Source of the DNA: Vicugna vicugna
Taxonomy: Eukaryota
Length of the DNA stretch: 64,000 bases
Assembly: GCA_013265495.1 (NCBI GenBank)
Contig: MU058418.1
Span: forward strand, 1,078,917-1,142,916
Reading direction: 5' to 3'
The notes beneath the pieces are model-generated. The model saw only the letters and a program-made list of their open reading frames with translations. It did no database searches and was not told the origin of the DNA. Shown one piece after another: positions 12,631 to 24,316 of the stretch; the first letter of the stretch is position 1, and each line of letters starts with the position of its first letter. The position numbers were made by a program, and so were the translations under genes.

Positions 12631-14382
12631 TCACTATATGTTTTCTATTGACCAGTTTCTTTCCCATTTTCTTCATTATTTTATTTATCCTTCTATGGAT
12701 ACTTTTGGTCTAGTTTTTTCCTTGAGATTAGATGTCAGAACTACTTGGCACTTCTCCAGGAAGATTTTTTAGTAAGGAAAAGATAATGCTTTTTTATTTT
12801 CTAATTTACTTCTATTAATTTTTCTGATAATGTTCAAAATTCCTTTTAGAGTTATTTCTGCTTTTCTATTTTAGCAACTGCAGGAACAGCAGGGGCACGG
12901 GATTGATGTTTTAATAAAATAGTTTACAGTGGCTACTTAATTAGTCTTCTGGTCATGAATAATTCTCTTGAATACAACAAATGTAATCTAAGTTATTTCC
13001 AAGTTACCTCATACTTGTACACAGCAAAATTTATTGCCACATTTCTGTAGACTAGCACAGTCATATGAAAATTTCCTGTAGAGCTCCCAGACAATTTGGC
13101 ATTAAACTGTCCATGAGTGCTTATTTCACTCCCATAATTATTAAGCTGTTGGAATCTCTAATAAAAGGTGATTTAATTGACCAAAGCAAGCAGTTGTTTT
13201 CCCAGAGGAAACAAACTGATACCTAGACACTCTCTGAAAGTCTTGAGTGTGATAATCATGTAAGCCAAGGAAGAAATAGTCTGATTTTTTTCCAAAAGGT
13301 CTTACACAGTGTCATACCAAAAATTACAAACATTACATGAAACAGACAAAATTCACTATAACATGGAGGAATAGTTTGTCATGTCAGACAGTGGAATTAA
13401 AGATAGAAAAAAACATAAGTGTGAGTTGACATTTTTTGGAAGATACAATCAAAACAATTTTTCTATAAATGATTTGATAGAATTAGTAGAGAAGCCTCCA
13501 AATTATTATACCATGCTATGCTCTCTTTTTTCTGTTTCTTCTTCTATTGTGGCCCAAGGACCTAACTTCCTGGAACTCTTTCTAGTGTAGTTTTTAAAAT
13601 TTAGTTTTCACACAACTGAAACTTGGCATTCTCCTTCTTGTATTCCAGACCTTCTTGTCTGCCTGTCTGAGCTCATTCTATTCCCTGTTCTTGGAAGGTC
13701 TTCATTTCCTGTTAACAGTAAAGCTTCTAGAAGGCCTTCCGGACTTCCCACACAACATGCTCTTCTTTCATTGATTCCACAACACTTAGTAGAATGTGTT
13801 ATCGCTTTCTTCATCCCTCCAATTTGGTTGCCTACCTCTTTTGGACAGGTTTTTATACCCGATACCCTTATCATAGTGACTCAACATTTTTTGCTTAATC
13901 AAATTAGGGCAGATCACTTGCAAATTCCTCTTTGGATACATTGTCCCTTGGCCATTCACTCCACCCATGGTCCATTTTAGGCTGTTGGCTTTCCCATGTC
14001 ACATAAATTCTTTCAAAACATTTGAGTGTATGTCACGTTGAAAATAATTTATCCTATTCAAATACGGAAAGCAAAAGTGGTAGGAGCACCTGTGCTCTGC
14101 CAAAGATAAGTTGGATGCTGGAGGCAAATTGGGGCCACCATTTAGGGAGGTGACATCAACATTTCATTAAAATATGAGGGCCTATTGGATCACCTACATT
14201 TTATTTAGATTTCGGAATCTCGGTCAGGTTCGCTAACCAAAGCGGCTGAGGAGTGGTTACTTGACTACAAGTCGTAATCACCTTCCAATTCCTTGAAACT
14301 GTTTTGCGATCCTCTGCAGCAGCGGCAAGGACCACCCCTCCCCCACTCCTTGCCTAGAGCTGCCGGCCCAGTCCCTCCGCAC

Positions 14383-14404
14383 TGCATGCTGGGAGTAGTA
14401 GTCC
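14383..14404 (-). promoter_or_regulatory. ZNF143 (Staf)/THAP11-type ACTACAnnTCCCA composite motif
   Basis: Minus strand reads GGACTACTACTCCCAGCATGCA, close to the consensus ACTACAnnTCCCAGnATGC; about 200 nt upstream of the ATG. Confidence 0.75.
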
Positions 14405-14596
14405 CGGCTGGTAGCGTCCGGAAGGACCGAAGGGCGTCGGAGTCCAGCCCGCCCTCTCGCTACTAGAACTCGCCTTCTTCCGCTGCTCCTTTCGTACTCT
14501 CGGGCAGAGTCCTCCGTGAGCACCGGGGGAATTTGTGTTACCGTCTGTCTTCTGGGTCTCAGTAAAGTTTTCCTCTTCCTCCACCTGTACGGGGCT

Positions 14597-14608
14597 CAAG
14601 ATGGCGGC
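14597..14608 (+). promoter_or_regulatory. YY1 motif overlapping the start codon
   Basis: CAAGATGGCGGC is a perfect YY1 consensus. Confidence 0.65.
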
Positions 14609-14736
14609 CTCCTGGTCGCCCTTGGTTACCCTGCGCTTAGCGCACAGCCGGCTGAGAGGGAGATGTGGTGGGTGCCGGGCTTGGGCCGCTGCTCTCGGCC
14701 CTTCGGCCCCCGCCCCCGGAAGCCCTCTTTGTAAAG
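14601..14736 (+). CDS. AFG1L: AFG1-like ATPase (LACE1), coding exon 1; probable mitochondrial targeting peptide
   Basis: ATG at 14601 in strong Kozak context (AAGATGG) in a CpG island. Encodes MAASWSPLVTLRLAHSRLRGRCGGCRAWAAALGPSAPAPGSPLCK, recognised as the AFG1L N-terminus (5 Arg, no Asp/Glu). Donor AAAG|GTCAGT at 14737, phase 1. Confidence 0.95.
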
Positions 14737-17700
14737 GTCAGTGACTGTGCCTTGAGTAGGCCGAGCCGACTGCATTCGACCGGGGAAGACTCCGGTCAGT
14801 CACCCTCCCTCCTCGAGCTCCCCTAACTGCCTACTGGTTCACGGTTATCGTTTTCGAGATACTTTCTCCGGAGGAGTTTCACCCTCTCTTACTGCCTGCT
14901 CATGAAGGAGCTCTGAGCATTGAGGGAGGTGGCTCAGAGTGACTTAAATTTTGAGGTTCTGAGGTCGACTTAGCGTTTGTTCCCTCTAGGCTGTTAGAAT
15001 TGAGATCTTGTAAGCCTAGGTCGGAGTACCTGCCTCGAAGGGATGCAAGTACGGGGTTGGGGTCTGGGGACTCTTCCAACCTGCGCTTTCCCAAGTTCTC
15101 CATGCAGGTGACCCGGCACTGTGTCTTTTTAAAAGCCCAGCCTCTGAAGCCTGCAGGCCCTGCGGGGCTCTAGGATTCTGGGAGTGCATGTGTACAAGCA
15201 TTCTCAGATTAAGGGAGCGATTCTTTGTGTTCTTTTCAGGTCACTAGAGGCTTCAGTGAGGTGTATTTTGTCACCGATCTTGCTTCATGCATTCATTCAT
15301 TCAAATTGTTACGTGTTCATGAAAGAACTAACCTATATTTTGAGTAACCAAGCCCACAGAAGTGCTAATTTTACTCCGTGTTTATACGCTCCCATTAAAC
15401 TGCGGGCTGCTTTAAGGCAAGGACCAGGTGTCATTGTTTCCTCAGCACTTCATAAGAGTGGCGCCTTTCGGGCAGATAGGTTTTTTGAACGAATGAATGA
15501 TGTTATTCTTATTGTCTCCCTCATTCACATATTTAATGCTTTCTTTCTTTTTTTGAAAAGAAAATCCAGGCACCCCCCCCTTTATACATTTTAATAAATC
15601 GATTTTCATTGGCTAATTTAGCTAAAACCCTATCAGTCTTTGATTATTATCATCAAAAGAGTTGAAATTAATACTAGAACTATGATTACATCACCTTAGG
15701 TTTTTTTTTCCCCAAAGTTAAACATAATCCACCTACTGTAGTAATGGAACATTTTGGCAGCATGAAATTTGGAACATAATATAAGCTATTTTTTAATGTT
15801 TAGATTAGGCAATACAAGCAAATGACACAAAATTCAAAAGGGACAATAAGGAATATGGTAAAATACTGACTTTCTTCCATGCCTATCTCATAACCTCTTT
15901 TCCTTCCCAGAGGCAACTTCTAATACTTGTTTCTTATGTATTCTTAAGAGACATTCTGTGTATGTACAAACATACATGTTTATAATGTCTGTATTAAGAA
16001 CATAGAGGTGGTAACGTATACACACTGTTGTGGTCCTTTTTTTTCATTTAGTGCATCTTGGAGATCATTCCATATTAATTTGTGTAGACCTGGTTCATGA
16101 TTTAAATGGTTAAAACAGAATTACATTCTAGGCATGTATCGTAATTTATGAAAATTAAGGCTTAAGGAACATCATCATGATAACATGAGATTTACTGAAT
16201 GTTTATTCTGTGTCATGCAGTATGCTAAGTGCTTTCTACATACATTATCTTGTTTAATTCTCATTATCCTCATTTCAGGGATGATGACTCCAAGGTTGCA
16301 GAAGTTGTATGGCTAGTTAAGTGGCAGAACTTGTGGGTTTAAGTAAAGGCTACCCTAGGACTTACATCTGATCCTAAGGTTTATATTGTTCACCTGTACT
16401 CATACTGCCTCCTATACTCAAAATTTAGCCAGTTTTGGAAGTGGACATTTGATACCGTGCAATTAGGTCACAGGTCGATGTGATTGTAACTAAAGTTGCT
16501 CCCTCCCCTCCTTGAAATAAATGGAAAATTTAAGTTGAAGTGTTACTCAGTATTTAGAGTCTGATTTAAAAATTTGTTTTCTATCTATTTCTTGATTTTT
16601 TGGGTTTTTACATTTATATTTTATCTCCATTTTTTCACCTTTTCATGTCTTCTGTTTACTACAGTATAATGTGAGGAAAACATTGATTTAATGTAAAATG
16701 AAAGAAGGAAATAGATAAAGGAATGAGGGGTAAGGAAGAGCATGTTCTTTGTTTTTATGTTTCATCTAAGCTTTAATGCCAGCCCTGGCTCTAAAACATT
16801 TTGAAAACTGAAACTATGAAAACTTCAGGGGTCCTAAAATGCTGTTCATTCAAATCACCTACCCGATTGCCTAACTTTAAATTCCTTAGGAAATACAACT
16901 TAGAAATTCCATTTTGGGATGTCTGTATTTCTGTTAGGTTATTAAACAGTTGATAGTGAAATTTGGTATCTTATGTAATTTAAGTATATATGCTCAATTT
17001 TGATTTCATTGCTTGTTTTCCTTTAGGTCTAAGTGTATCTTCATTTAATGTAACAGTTATTCAACCTCCAGGTAGTTACGAGGAAGCATTTTATTAGAAA
17101 TTAGAGTGGCTGTGATGTGGGTTGAAAATGCCTCAAAATCGCTGATTTAGTTAAAGCCTTGTATTAAGGGTGTGTTGAGGGGAAGTGAATGAGATTGGTT
17201 CCAGCCCTTGAAAAGCTGGCAGTCTTGGAAGGGAGATGAAGTAGCAATACGTAACGTTTTTGGAGCCCTTTCTATGTTCAGGCAGTCCGCTAGCAGTTTC
17301 TCTCATAATTTCATCTTCATAAAAACTCTATAAAGTTATTGTTACCTGTTTTGTAGATGAACAAATATGAAAGGCATGGCCACTCAAATGGAATTTGAAC
17401 CCAGGCATTTTTGCTCCAGAAGCACATAGTTAACCACTATGTTCTACTAAGTCCTTACCGTGACAATGAGCATTAAAACATCATGATCTAGGCCTGTCTG
17501 AAGTGTTGTGGGACTACAGAGGAGAAGGCAGCTCTGCTTGGAGAGAGGAGGGCTTTTTAGCAGAAGTGTAGAAGTGAGCTGCACCTGGACCTTACTGGTG
17601 TATGGTCCTCCAGGGAGAGCAGCTAGCGATGAAGCTTGGAAGGTGGGCTGGTTTCTGGTTAAAAGAGTCCTGTATAGTATGTGAAGATGGCTTGGAGGGA

Positions 17701-20700
17701 TGCTGTTGGAGGTTTCTTAAGAAGAGAAATGATCAGATCCATTTTAGCATGATCATCCTTGTGGCCGCCTGAAAATCAAATCTGGAATGCCTGCATGGGG
17801 GTATATTGGAAGCTTGGTGATTACTTAGGAGGAAGTTGCAGTCTGGGGAATGATTGGGCCTGAATTACTGCTGTGTTAAAGATGGAGAGCAGGGCAGCAA
17901 GAGAGGGAATTCAGAGACTCTGCTTTGGTAAAACTGACAGGCTCTGGGGGAGACAAGGAAAGAGAGGGGTTAAGGTCAATTTAGGTTTCCTACTTTGGGT
18001 AATTTAATGGGATCACATTCCCTCTATTAAAGGAATCAAAAACAAAAAGTGAAGTTAGAGGCATTTTATGGGGGGAGTCCATTTTGAATGTGTTAAATTT
18101 GAGGTGTTAATGACATATCTAGGTAAATAAGTCTAATTAGTTGTAGGAAATAAGGATCTGAGTCTAAGAGAGGAAACATGAGGTGTTGAGAGCCATGAGA
18201 ATGGAAGAACTAGCCTCGGAATACTTGTAGAGTGAAAAGGAGAAAAGGCTGGGAATAAGTCCTTGAGGAAGACTGGTATTTTATGAGCAGGACATGACCT
18301 CATCAGAGAACAGAGAGGTCATAGGAGAACTAGGAGACAAGCTAAAAGAAGGTTTCTAAGTTTTCTAAAATTTAAAATGAGCACATATGAGTTTCTGTTT
18401 TATTTAAGCTAGACTTAGAAATTAAGTTTATTTCATAGAGGCAAGGTAATAAGAGAGTCACATCTTGTGATTTCTTATTATTATAATGTCCTTCTGTATC
18501 TCAATGTTACAGTTTTAGATCTCTCTGTTAACTGATGGTTTATATTTACCTTTAGCTCGTGTACATTGGAGATCTTGATTAGGTATTAATGTGACTATAA
18601 CTACCCACTTCAGCCAAATGAATTGGTATTATTTATTGGTTGTATAGAGTAGTGGTTAAGAAAATGGGCTTTGGACTTTTATTACCCAATTTGATGAATA
18701 CCCTGTGTGAAACTTCATGTTTCTTGGGTTTCCACTAACATTTATTATTATATTAGAAAAGAATGTTCCTGTCTGCTTCTGAGAGTGATTAACTTCATGA
18801 TGATGGTTTCTGTCTTCCAATTAATTTTTTTTTTTAAGCACAGCACAGATTATTGCATAGGTGTAGCTAGTGCCCACATGTAGTTCTGGGGTGTAGGGTG
18901 GGCAGATGAAATAGGGTGGGTCTCAAGAGTAGAACCACAGAAAGGAACTTTAGAGGGTCAGAACTGGATTATTGATCACTTGTAGATTAGCACTGCTTTA
19001 TTCCTCAAGAGCTTTGTTCTCTTCGTTTAAGTAAATGAAGAATATTTAAATAGGTATAACTATTTTGGATTTGTCTTTTCACAGAAAGTATCACAGAAAT
19101 ACTAGATGTGAAGAGTTTAGAAACTGGTAGTTCAGCCTTGGGCCCAGTACAATAATATGCTCTATAAATTATGACAGAAGGTCATTAGCCTCAGCTTGAA
19201 TATACCTAATACTGTTTTCCCAGGCCACTCACATTTTTCTCTGAACTTTGACTGAGATTTGTTCTAATTTCTCTCTTAAGAGCCTTTTGAATATGTCTGC
19301 TCTTCCTGCTATGCTTTTCTTCCTTGCCTAAGGTTCTCATTGAGGTCCCATTTCCATACATACCCTCCTGGAGGTACCTGAATACTTTAATCTCCAGAAT
19401 CTTTTTTATGATGTTTCACTGTCCTGTTTGTCCCTTTTTATTTCTTCTCTCAATTCAGCTCATCCTAGAAGATACCTTTACAACACATTATCTATCCATA
19501 TTCTTAACCAGATGTGCCAGTTTTCAAGTTTTTAAGGCCTGAACGTATACTTTTTAGACTAGTTCCTTCAAAGCTTCATAATGCAATTTATATCTTAAAT
19601 GTAATTCTTATAGGTTCCATTAAATTCTCATTTATATATGTGTGTGAATATAAAATTTAAAATAAATGAACATAACAAATAGATGTTATTTTTCTTTATC
19701 ATTTGATAGAAGATAGATCCAATAGATCTCATATTAAATAGTGTTTGAATGGACTGAATATTAAGGAGTTAACTCAGTATGCTAGGCCATGCTTATAATT
19801 ACTTCAGAATAGCTTTATTCAGATTTTTAGGCAGTGTTTTACTGATTTGTTATGAGATTTAAAGTACTGTTTTTTTTTTTCTTTTTGTAAACTTATACAT
19901 GTTGATACATTAGAGATTAACTAGTCTCTAAAGGAGAAGAATGGTAACCAGCAAGCACTTAGTTTTAATTTTCATAATTTTTCTACTTAAATGAACAGCA
20001 CCCTTTTAAAACCGCAAAATCAGACTTTTATAAATAAAATAAATCATCTTGTGATGCCTTCCTCAATGATGGCTTATGTTGTTTTTCTAAAGAGTTTAAT
20101 TAAGGTTTGATTTTCTTCTGTTCTGCACTTTGTTTATTCATCACTGAATCAAACATAGGTCTTTAATGTCCCTAGTAAATCTGACTTTTTGAGTCATTGA
20201 TGACCATTGCAGTTTTTCAAAAAGCAGCTGAATGTTTATCTTTTGGATATGATTAGAACATAATAGAGTGTCAGTGGGTTGCCTGTGACCTTAGCATGGG
20301 CTTCTGTCATTGTAGGAGAACATTTCTGGTCAGTGGCCACTGTTTACAGTTTGTTAAAATCAACACAAATGTACAAAAACTCATGAATAGTTATGAACAC
20401 AGTATTTGGATGTTTAATAAATATGCATTAAAAATCTAATTACAGTAATGAAGTTTACAGCTGAAATTTTAATCCAGCCCCTTTAGAAATATTAAACGTG
20501 CTTTTCCTGATTGTGCATTTTTCTCACGGCAGTTGGATAAACATTTTAAACTGGAAATCTAAATTCCTTATATAGTTTTGATTTCATTTAACTAAGCGTG
20601 TGTTCTTTTTGGCAACAGTCTTCTTTCTTTTTGTAAATAAGTGAAGCTCTTTTTATTCCATAACTGTTACTTAGAAGAATTTTGATCAGTTCTGTCTTAG

Positions 20701-21092
20701 GACTAATGAACATATGAAATACCAGATTAATAATAAAATGTGACCTGGAAAGACTAGGTTGTGATTTTGGTTTCATCTTATAGTACTGGATCATTTAATT
20801 TGGTATTTCCATTTTCTTATCTGTAGAATGCGATTAATCATCCTAACCCTTCCTTTCACGTCATTTATGAGGCTCAAATACATTATTATATAATATGAGA
20901 AAGTCCTCTGAAAAATGTAATACATGTTATATAAATGTGGGACTATGCTAGGAGTAATTGAAATAGTAATACTGAAATGCTAGAGGTGGTGGACTCCAGT
21001 CATTGAATAGAAATGGAATGAACTCAACTCTATGTACAATTACTAAAACCATTTTAATTTTAGGGGAAGATTCATTATATTAACAATGGTAC

Positions 21093-21226
21093 GGGAGGAG
21101 AGTGTAGCTCAGTGACAGAGTGCATGCTTAGCATGCATGAGGTCCTGGGTTCAATCCCCAGGACCTCCATAAATAAACAAACAAACAAACAAACAAACCT
21201 AATTACTCCCCCTACCCCCCCCAAAA
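21093..21226 (+). mobile_element. tRNA-derived SINE (camelid vic-1-like)
   Basis: A box TAGCTCAGTGA, B box GGTTCAATCCC, (AAAC)n linker, CCTAATTAC and a C-rich end. Confidence 0.85.
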
Positions 21227-23133
21227 GGCAACAGATTCAGTCTGATTTCAGTGCTTTGAATTCTAGAAAATGTGGTTTTGATTTTTCTAAGATTGTGCAG
21301 AGTGCCTCTGCAGATAACCAGGGATGGTTTTTGTTATCCTGGACTTAACTACCTTTTCTCTGGATATTCTAAACATCTAGAACATCTTAGAAAATATGAG
21401 CTACTGCTTTCATCATGATGTTTAAAAGAAAGCTGTTGAAATTTGATTTATAGTATGCAGTAAGTCATTAAGGTAAAATATCTTCATTTATAAGATACTG
21501 CCTATGAATACTGTTTTCAAAGGAACTCAAGTTGTGAATTATTTGCTGTGCAATAAGTTATGAAGATAACATTTCATAGAATCATAGAATAATAGAGCTG
21601 AAGAAGATCTCTGAGTTATGTAGTCAAATGTCAGATGGGAATGTAGTTTCTGCCTTATCATTTCTTTTTGAGGAGTCCTATTCATTTTTGGATATCCCTA
21701 ATTGCTGAAAAATTCTTTAAGCGGGCTGAAGTAAAAGCTTTTCTGTAACTTCTCCCCATTCATCTCGACTCTCTCCCCAGGCACAACATATATAACTCTA
21801 GTCCTTATTGCACTTATTGCAGTTCTTTAAACATATCGAGACTGATAATATCTTGTTCATTTGTTTAGTCCTTCTTCTTTTATCATATTATTGGTCGTCT
21901 TCTTGTCCCACCTATATATGACAGCCTTTAAAACACTAAAGGCATATATTTCTCCATTCATCCATTTGTTCATTCGTTCCCAAAATATTTCTTGGTGCTG
22001 AATAATGCAAGACACAGAGTGCTGGGATGTTGTCACTCTCTCATTAATGTCAGCTGTCTCTTGTCTTATCAATCAAATCTTATGACATGGTTTCTAGATC
22101 CTTGAACTACTTCCCTTCTTGAGATTACAATCTGCTTTCTGAATGTTACTCTGAAAATGTGGCCCCCATATCTCAATATATTCCTTCAGACATGTCTGGC
22201 CAGAGCAGTATTGTAGGTTACCTTTTCTGTGTCCTGTGGCCAGGTCATATCCATATGTCACCTTGACTTGTAGGGCTATTAGACAGGCTTCTCCAGTTTG
22301 TATTTGATTAGTTATTTTTTCTGTTAAAAATAAATTATTTTTAGTTATAAAAATACTACATGTGCATAATAGAAAATACAGAAAAGATCATTACTGTTAA
22401 CTTCATTTTTCAGTATACTTATTGAAATGTAAGATTTCATTTAGAAAAGTGCACAAATGATGAGTGTAAAGCCTACTGAATTTTCATAAAGAGAATAAAT
22501 TTGTGTAAATACAACCTAAATTGAGAAATGAAACATTTGTAGTACCCAGAGGCTTCCACTGTGCACCCTCCAAGTTACTAGGTTTTTACTCACAGTGGCA
22601 ATCAACATCCTGATTTATGTTACTGTTGATTTATCCTTTTATCTGTTGATGGACACTTAGGTTGTTTTCATGTCTTGTCTATTTAAATAATGCTGCAGTG
22701 AACATGGGGGTGCAGATTTTTTTTGAGATAGGAATTTTGTTTCCTTCAGATAAATACCCAGAGGTGGAATTGCTGGATTCTGTTTCTTAATGAATTATGT
22801 CAGATACATAGATTGCAAATATTTTCTCCCATTCTGTGGATTGTACTTTCATTTTCTTGATAATATTCTTTAATACACAGTTTTAATTTTGATGAAGTCC
22901 AGTATATTTTTTCTTTGGTTGCTTTTTTTTTGGGTGTTATATCTGTCATGAAGATTTACAAATTTGTTTTCTTTTAAGTATTTTATAGTTTAGCGCTTAC
23001 ATTTATGTTTTTGAGCCATTCCTGCAGGGATTTAATTGGGATTCATTAAGTCTGAGTTTCACAGGTGATTGTGATGTCCGGACAGGATTGGATTTAGAAA
23101 GTCCATACCTGTTAAGAAAGTAGACAGGTATTG

Positions 23134-23435
23134 ACTGGCTTTTTCTGTAAAGGGTCAGATAATATTTTTTCTTTGCCTGCCCTCCATATTTGTGAGTTTG
23201 GCATCCATGGATAGAGAATACATGAATCCATGTATTCATTGTACTGTGCCATTTTATATAAGGGACTTGAGCATTTGTGCATTTTGGTATATGCACGACT
23301 CCTGGAACCAATACCACACAGATACAGAGGGACACTTGTACTCAACTCTGGTATTGTAGTGTGAAAACAGCCAGAGACAATAGACTAATGGGCATGACAA
23401 ATTTGGCCTGCAGGCCATAGTTTGCCGACCTCTGG
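23134..23435. mobile_element. MER58-like hAT MITE interrupted by a MER2/Tigger3-like element (about 23177-23335)
   Basis: TTTTTCTGTAAAGGGTCAGATA...ACTCAACTCTG...TTTGGCCTGCAGGCCATAGTTTGCCGACCTCTG. The inner piece has GCCATTTTATATAAGGGACTTGAGCAT...GATACAGAGGGAC. Confidence 0.7.
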
Positions 23436-24199
23436 ATTAGGTAAATATTAATATATACTTAATTTTTTTGAAATTTTAAATATATTTACATTTTAAAACC
23501 ATCTGGAAAGTATTTTGGTATTTAGTATGAGGAGATAATCTAATTTTTTCTATTGTCTTCCAGTTGTCCAGATGTCACTTGTTGAATGATCTCTTAGCTC
23601 CCATTGTTTAATTCATTTGTTCAATAAATATTTACTGTGTGCCTATCATATGCCAGGCATTGTAAGTACTAGGTATACAGTGAATTAAACAGGTATGATA
23701 CCTTCCCTCTTGTAGCTTGCAGTCAGGTTGAGAGGGAGAGGCATAAAATAAATAATGAATACATAATTATAAATTGAGTGATAAAAGAGAAGAACCGTGA
23801 TAAGATTTGATATGCTTCTCTCTTTTATTATATATTAAGTTATTCCATAAAGATTTCTTTTTTGGAATATATGTTCTATTCATTGATCTTTTGATCTAGT
23901 GTTTTATATTTATTTTCCCATCTGGTAGGCAATATCTCCTTCATTACTTTCCTTTTTCATGATTTTCTAAGGATTTTGGATTATGATTTTGATGAAACTA
24001 TATTTAATCTGTGAATTAATTTGTGAAGAATTGACAATGTTACAATGTTGTGCCTTTCTTTCCAATAATATTATGTCTAGTTTACCAAATTTTTTATGCC
24101 TTTGAGAAAGATTTTAGTTTTTTAAAATTAAAAAAATATTTTCCTGTACATAGTTGCAATATATAGACTTTTAAAAGAAATTTTATTTTCCTTCTTTGA

Positions 24200-24316
24200 G
24201 GGGGGAGGGTAATTAGTTTTATTTATTTATTTTTTTTAGTGGAGGTACTGGGGATTGAACTCAGGACCTCCTGCATGCTAGGCATGAATTCTACCACTGA
24301 GCTATACTCTCCCCCT
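24200..24316 (-). mobile_element. tRNA-derived SINE (vic-1-like)
   Basis: GGGGATTGAACTCAGGACCTCCTGCATGCTAGGCATG...ACCACTGAGCTATAC. Confidence 0.85.

Larger units (their letters stand above)
14210..15170. promoter_or_regulatory. CpG island / AFG1L promoter, 5'UTR and start of intron 1
   Basis: The only long GC- and CpG-rich stretch in an otherwise AT-rich, CpG-depleted window; it spans the first exon. No obvious TATA box. TSS not determinable. Confidence 0.88.

Noticed and set aside
1..14200. SNX3 exons, expected upstream by synteny
   Set aside because: No SNX3-like coding sequence or second CpG island seen; probably outside the window.
14278..14599. Minus-strand ORFs over the promoter
   Set aside because: GC-rich DNA has few stop codons; non-ATG starts and no recognisable protein.
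14535..14600. GTG-initiated N-terminal extension of AFG1L
   Set aside because: The ATG at 14601 has strong context and matches the known N-terminus; nothing supports the upstream start.
21093..21170. tRNA gene
   Set aside because: A and B boxes are present, but it continues into a SINE tail and has six diverged relatives in the window, several with TSDs.
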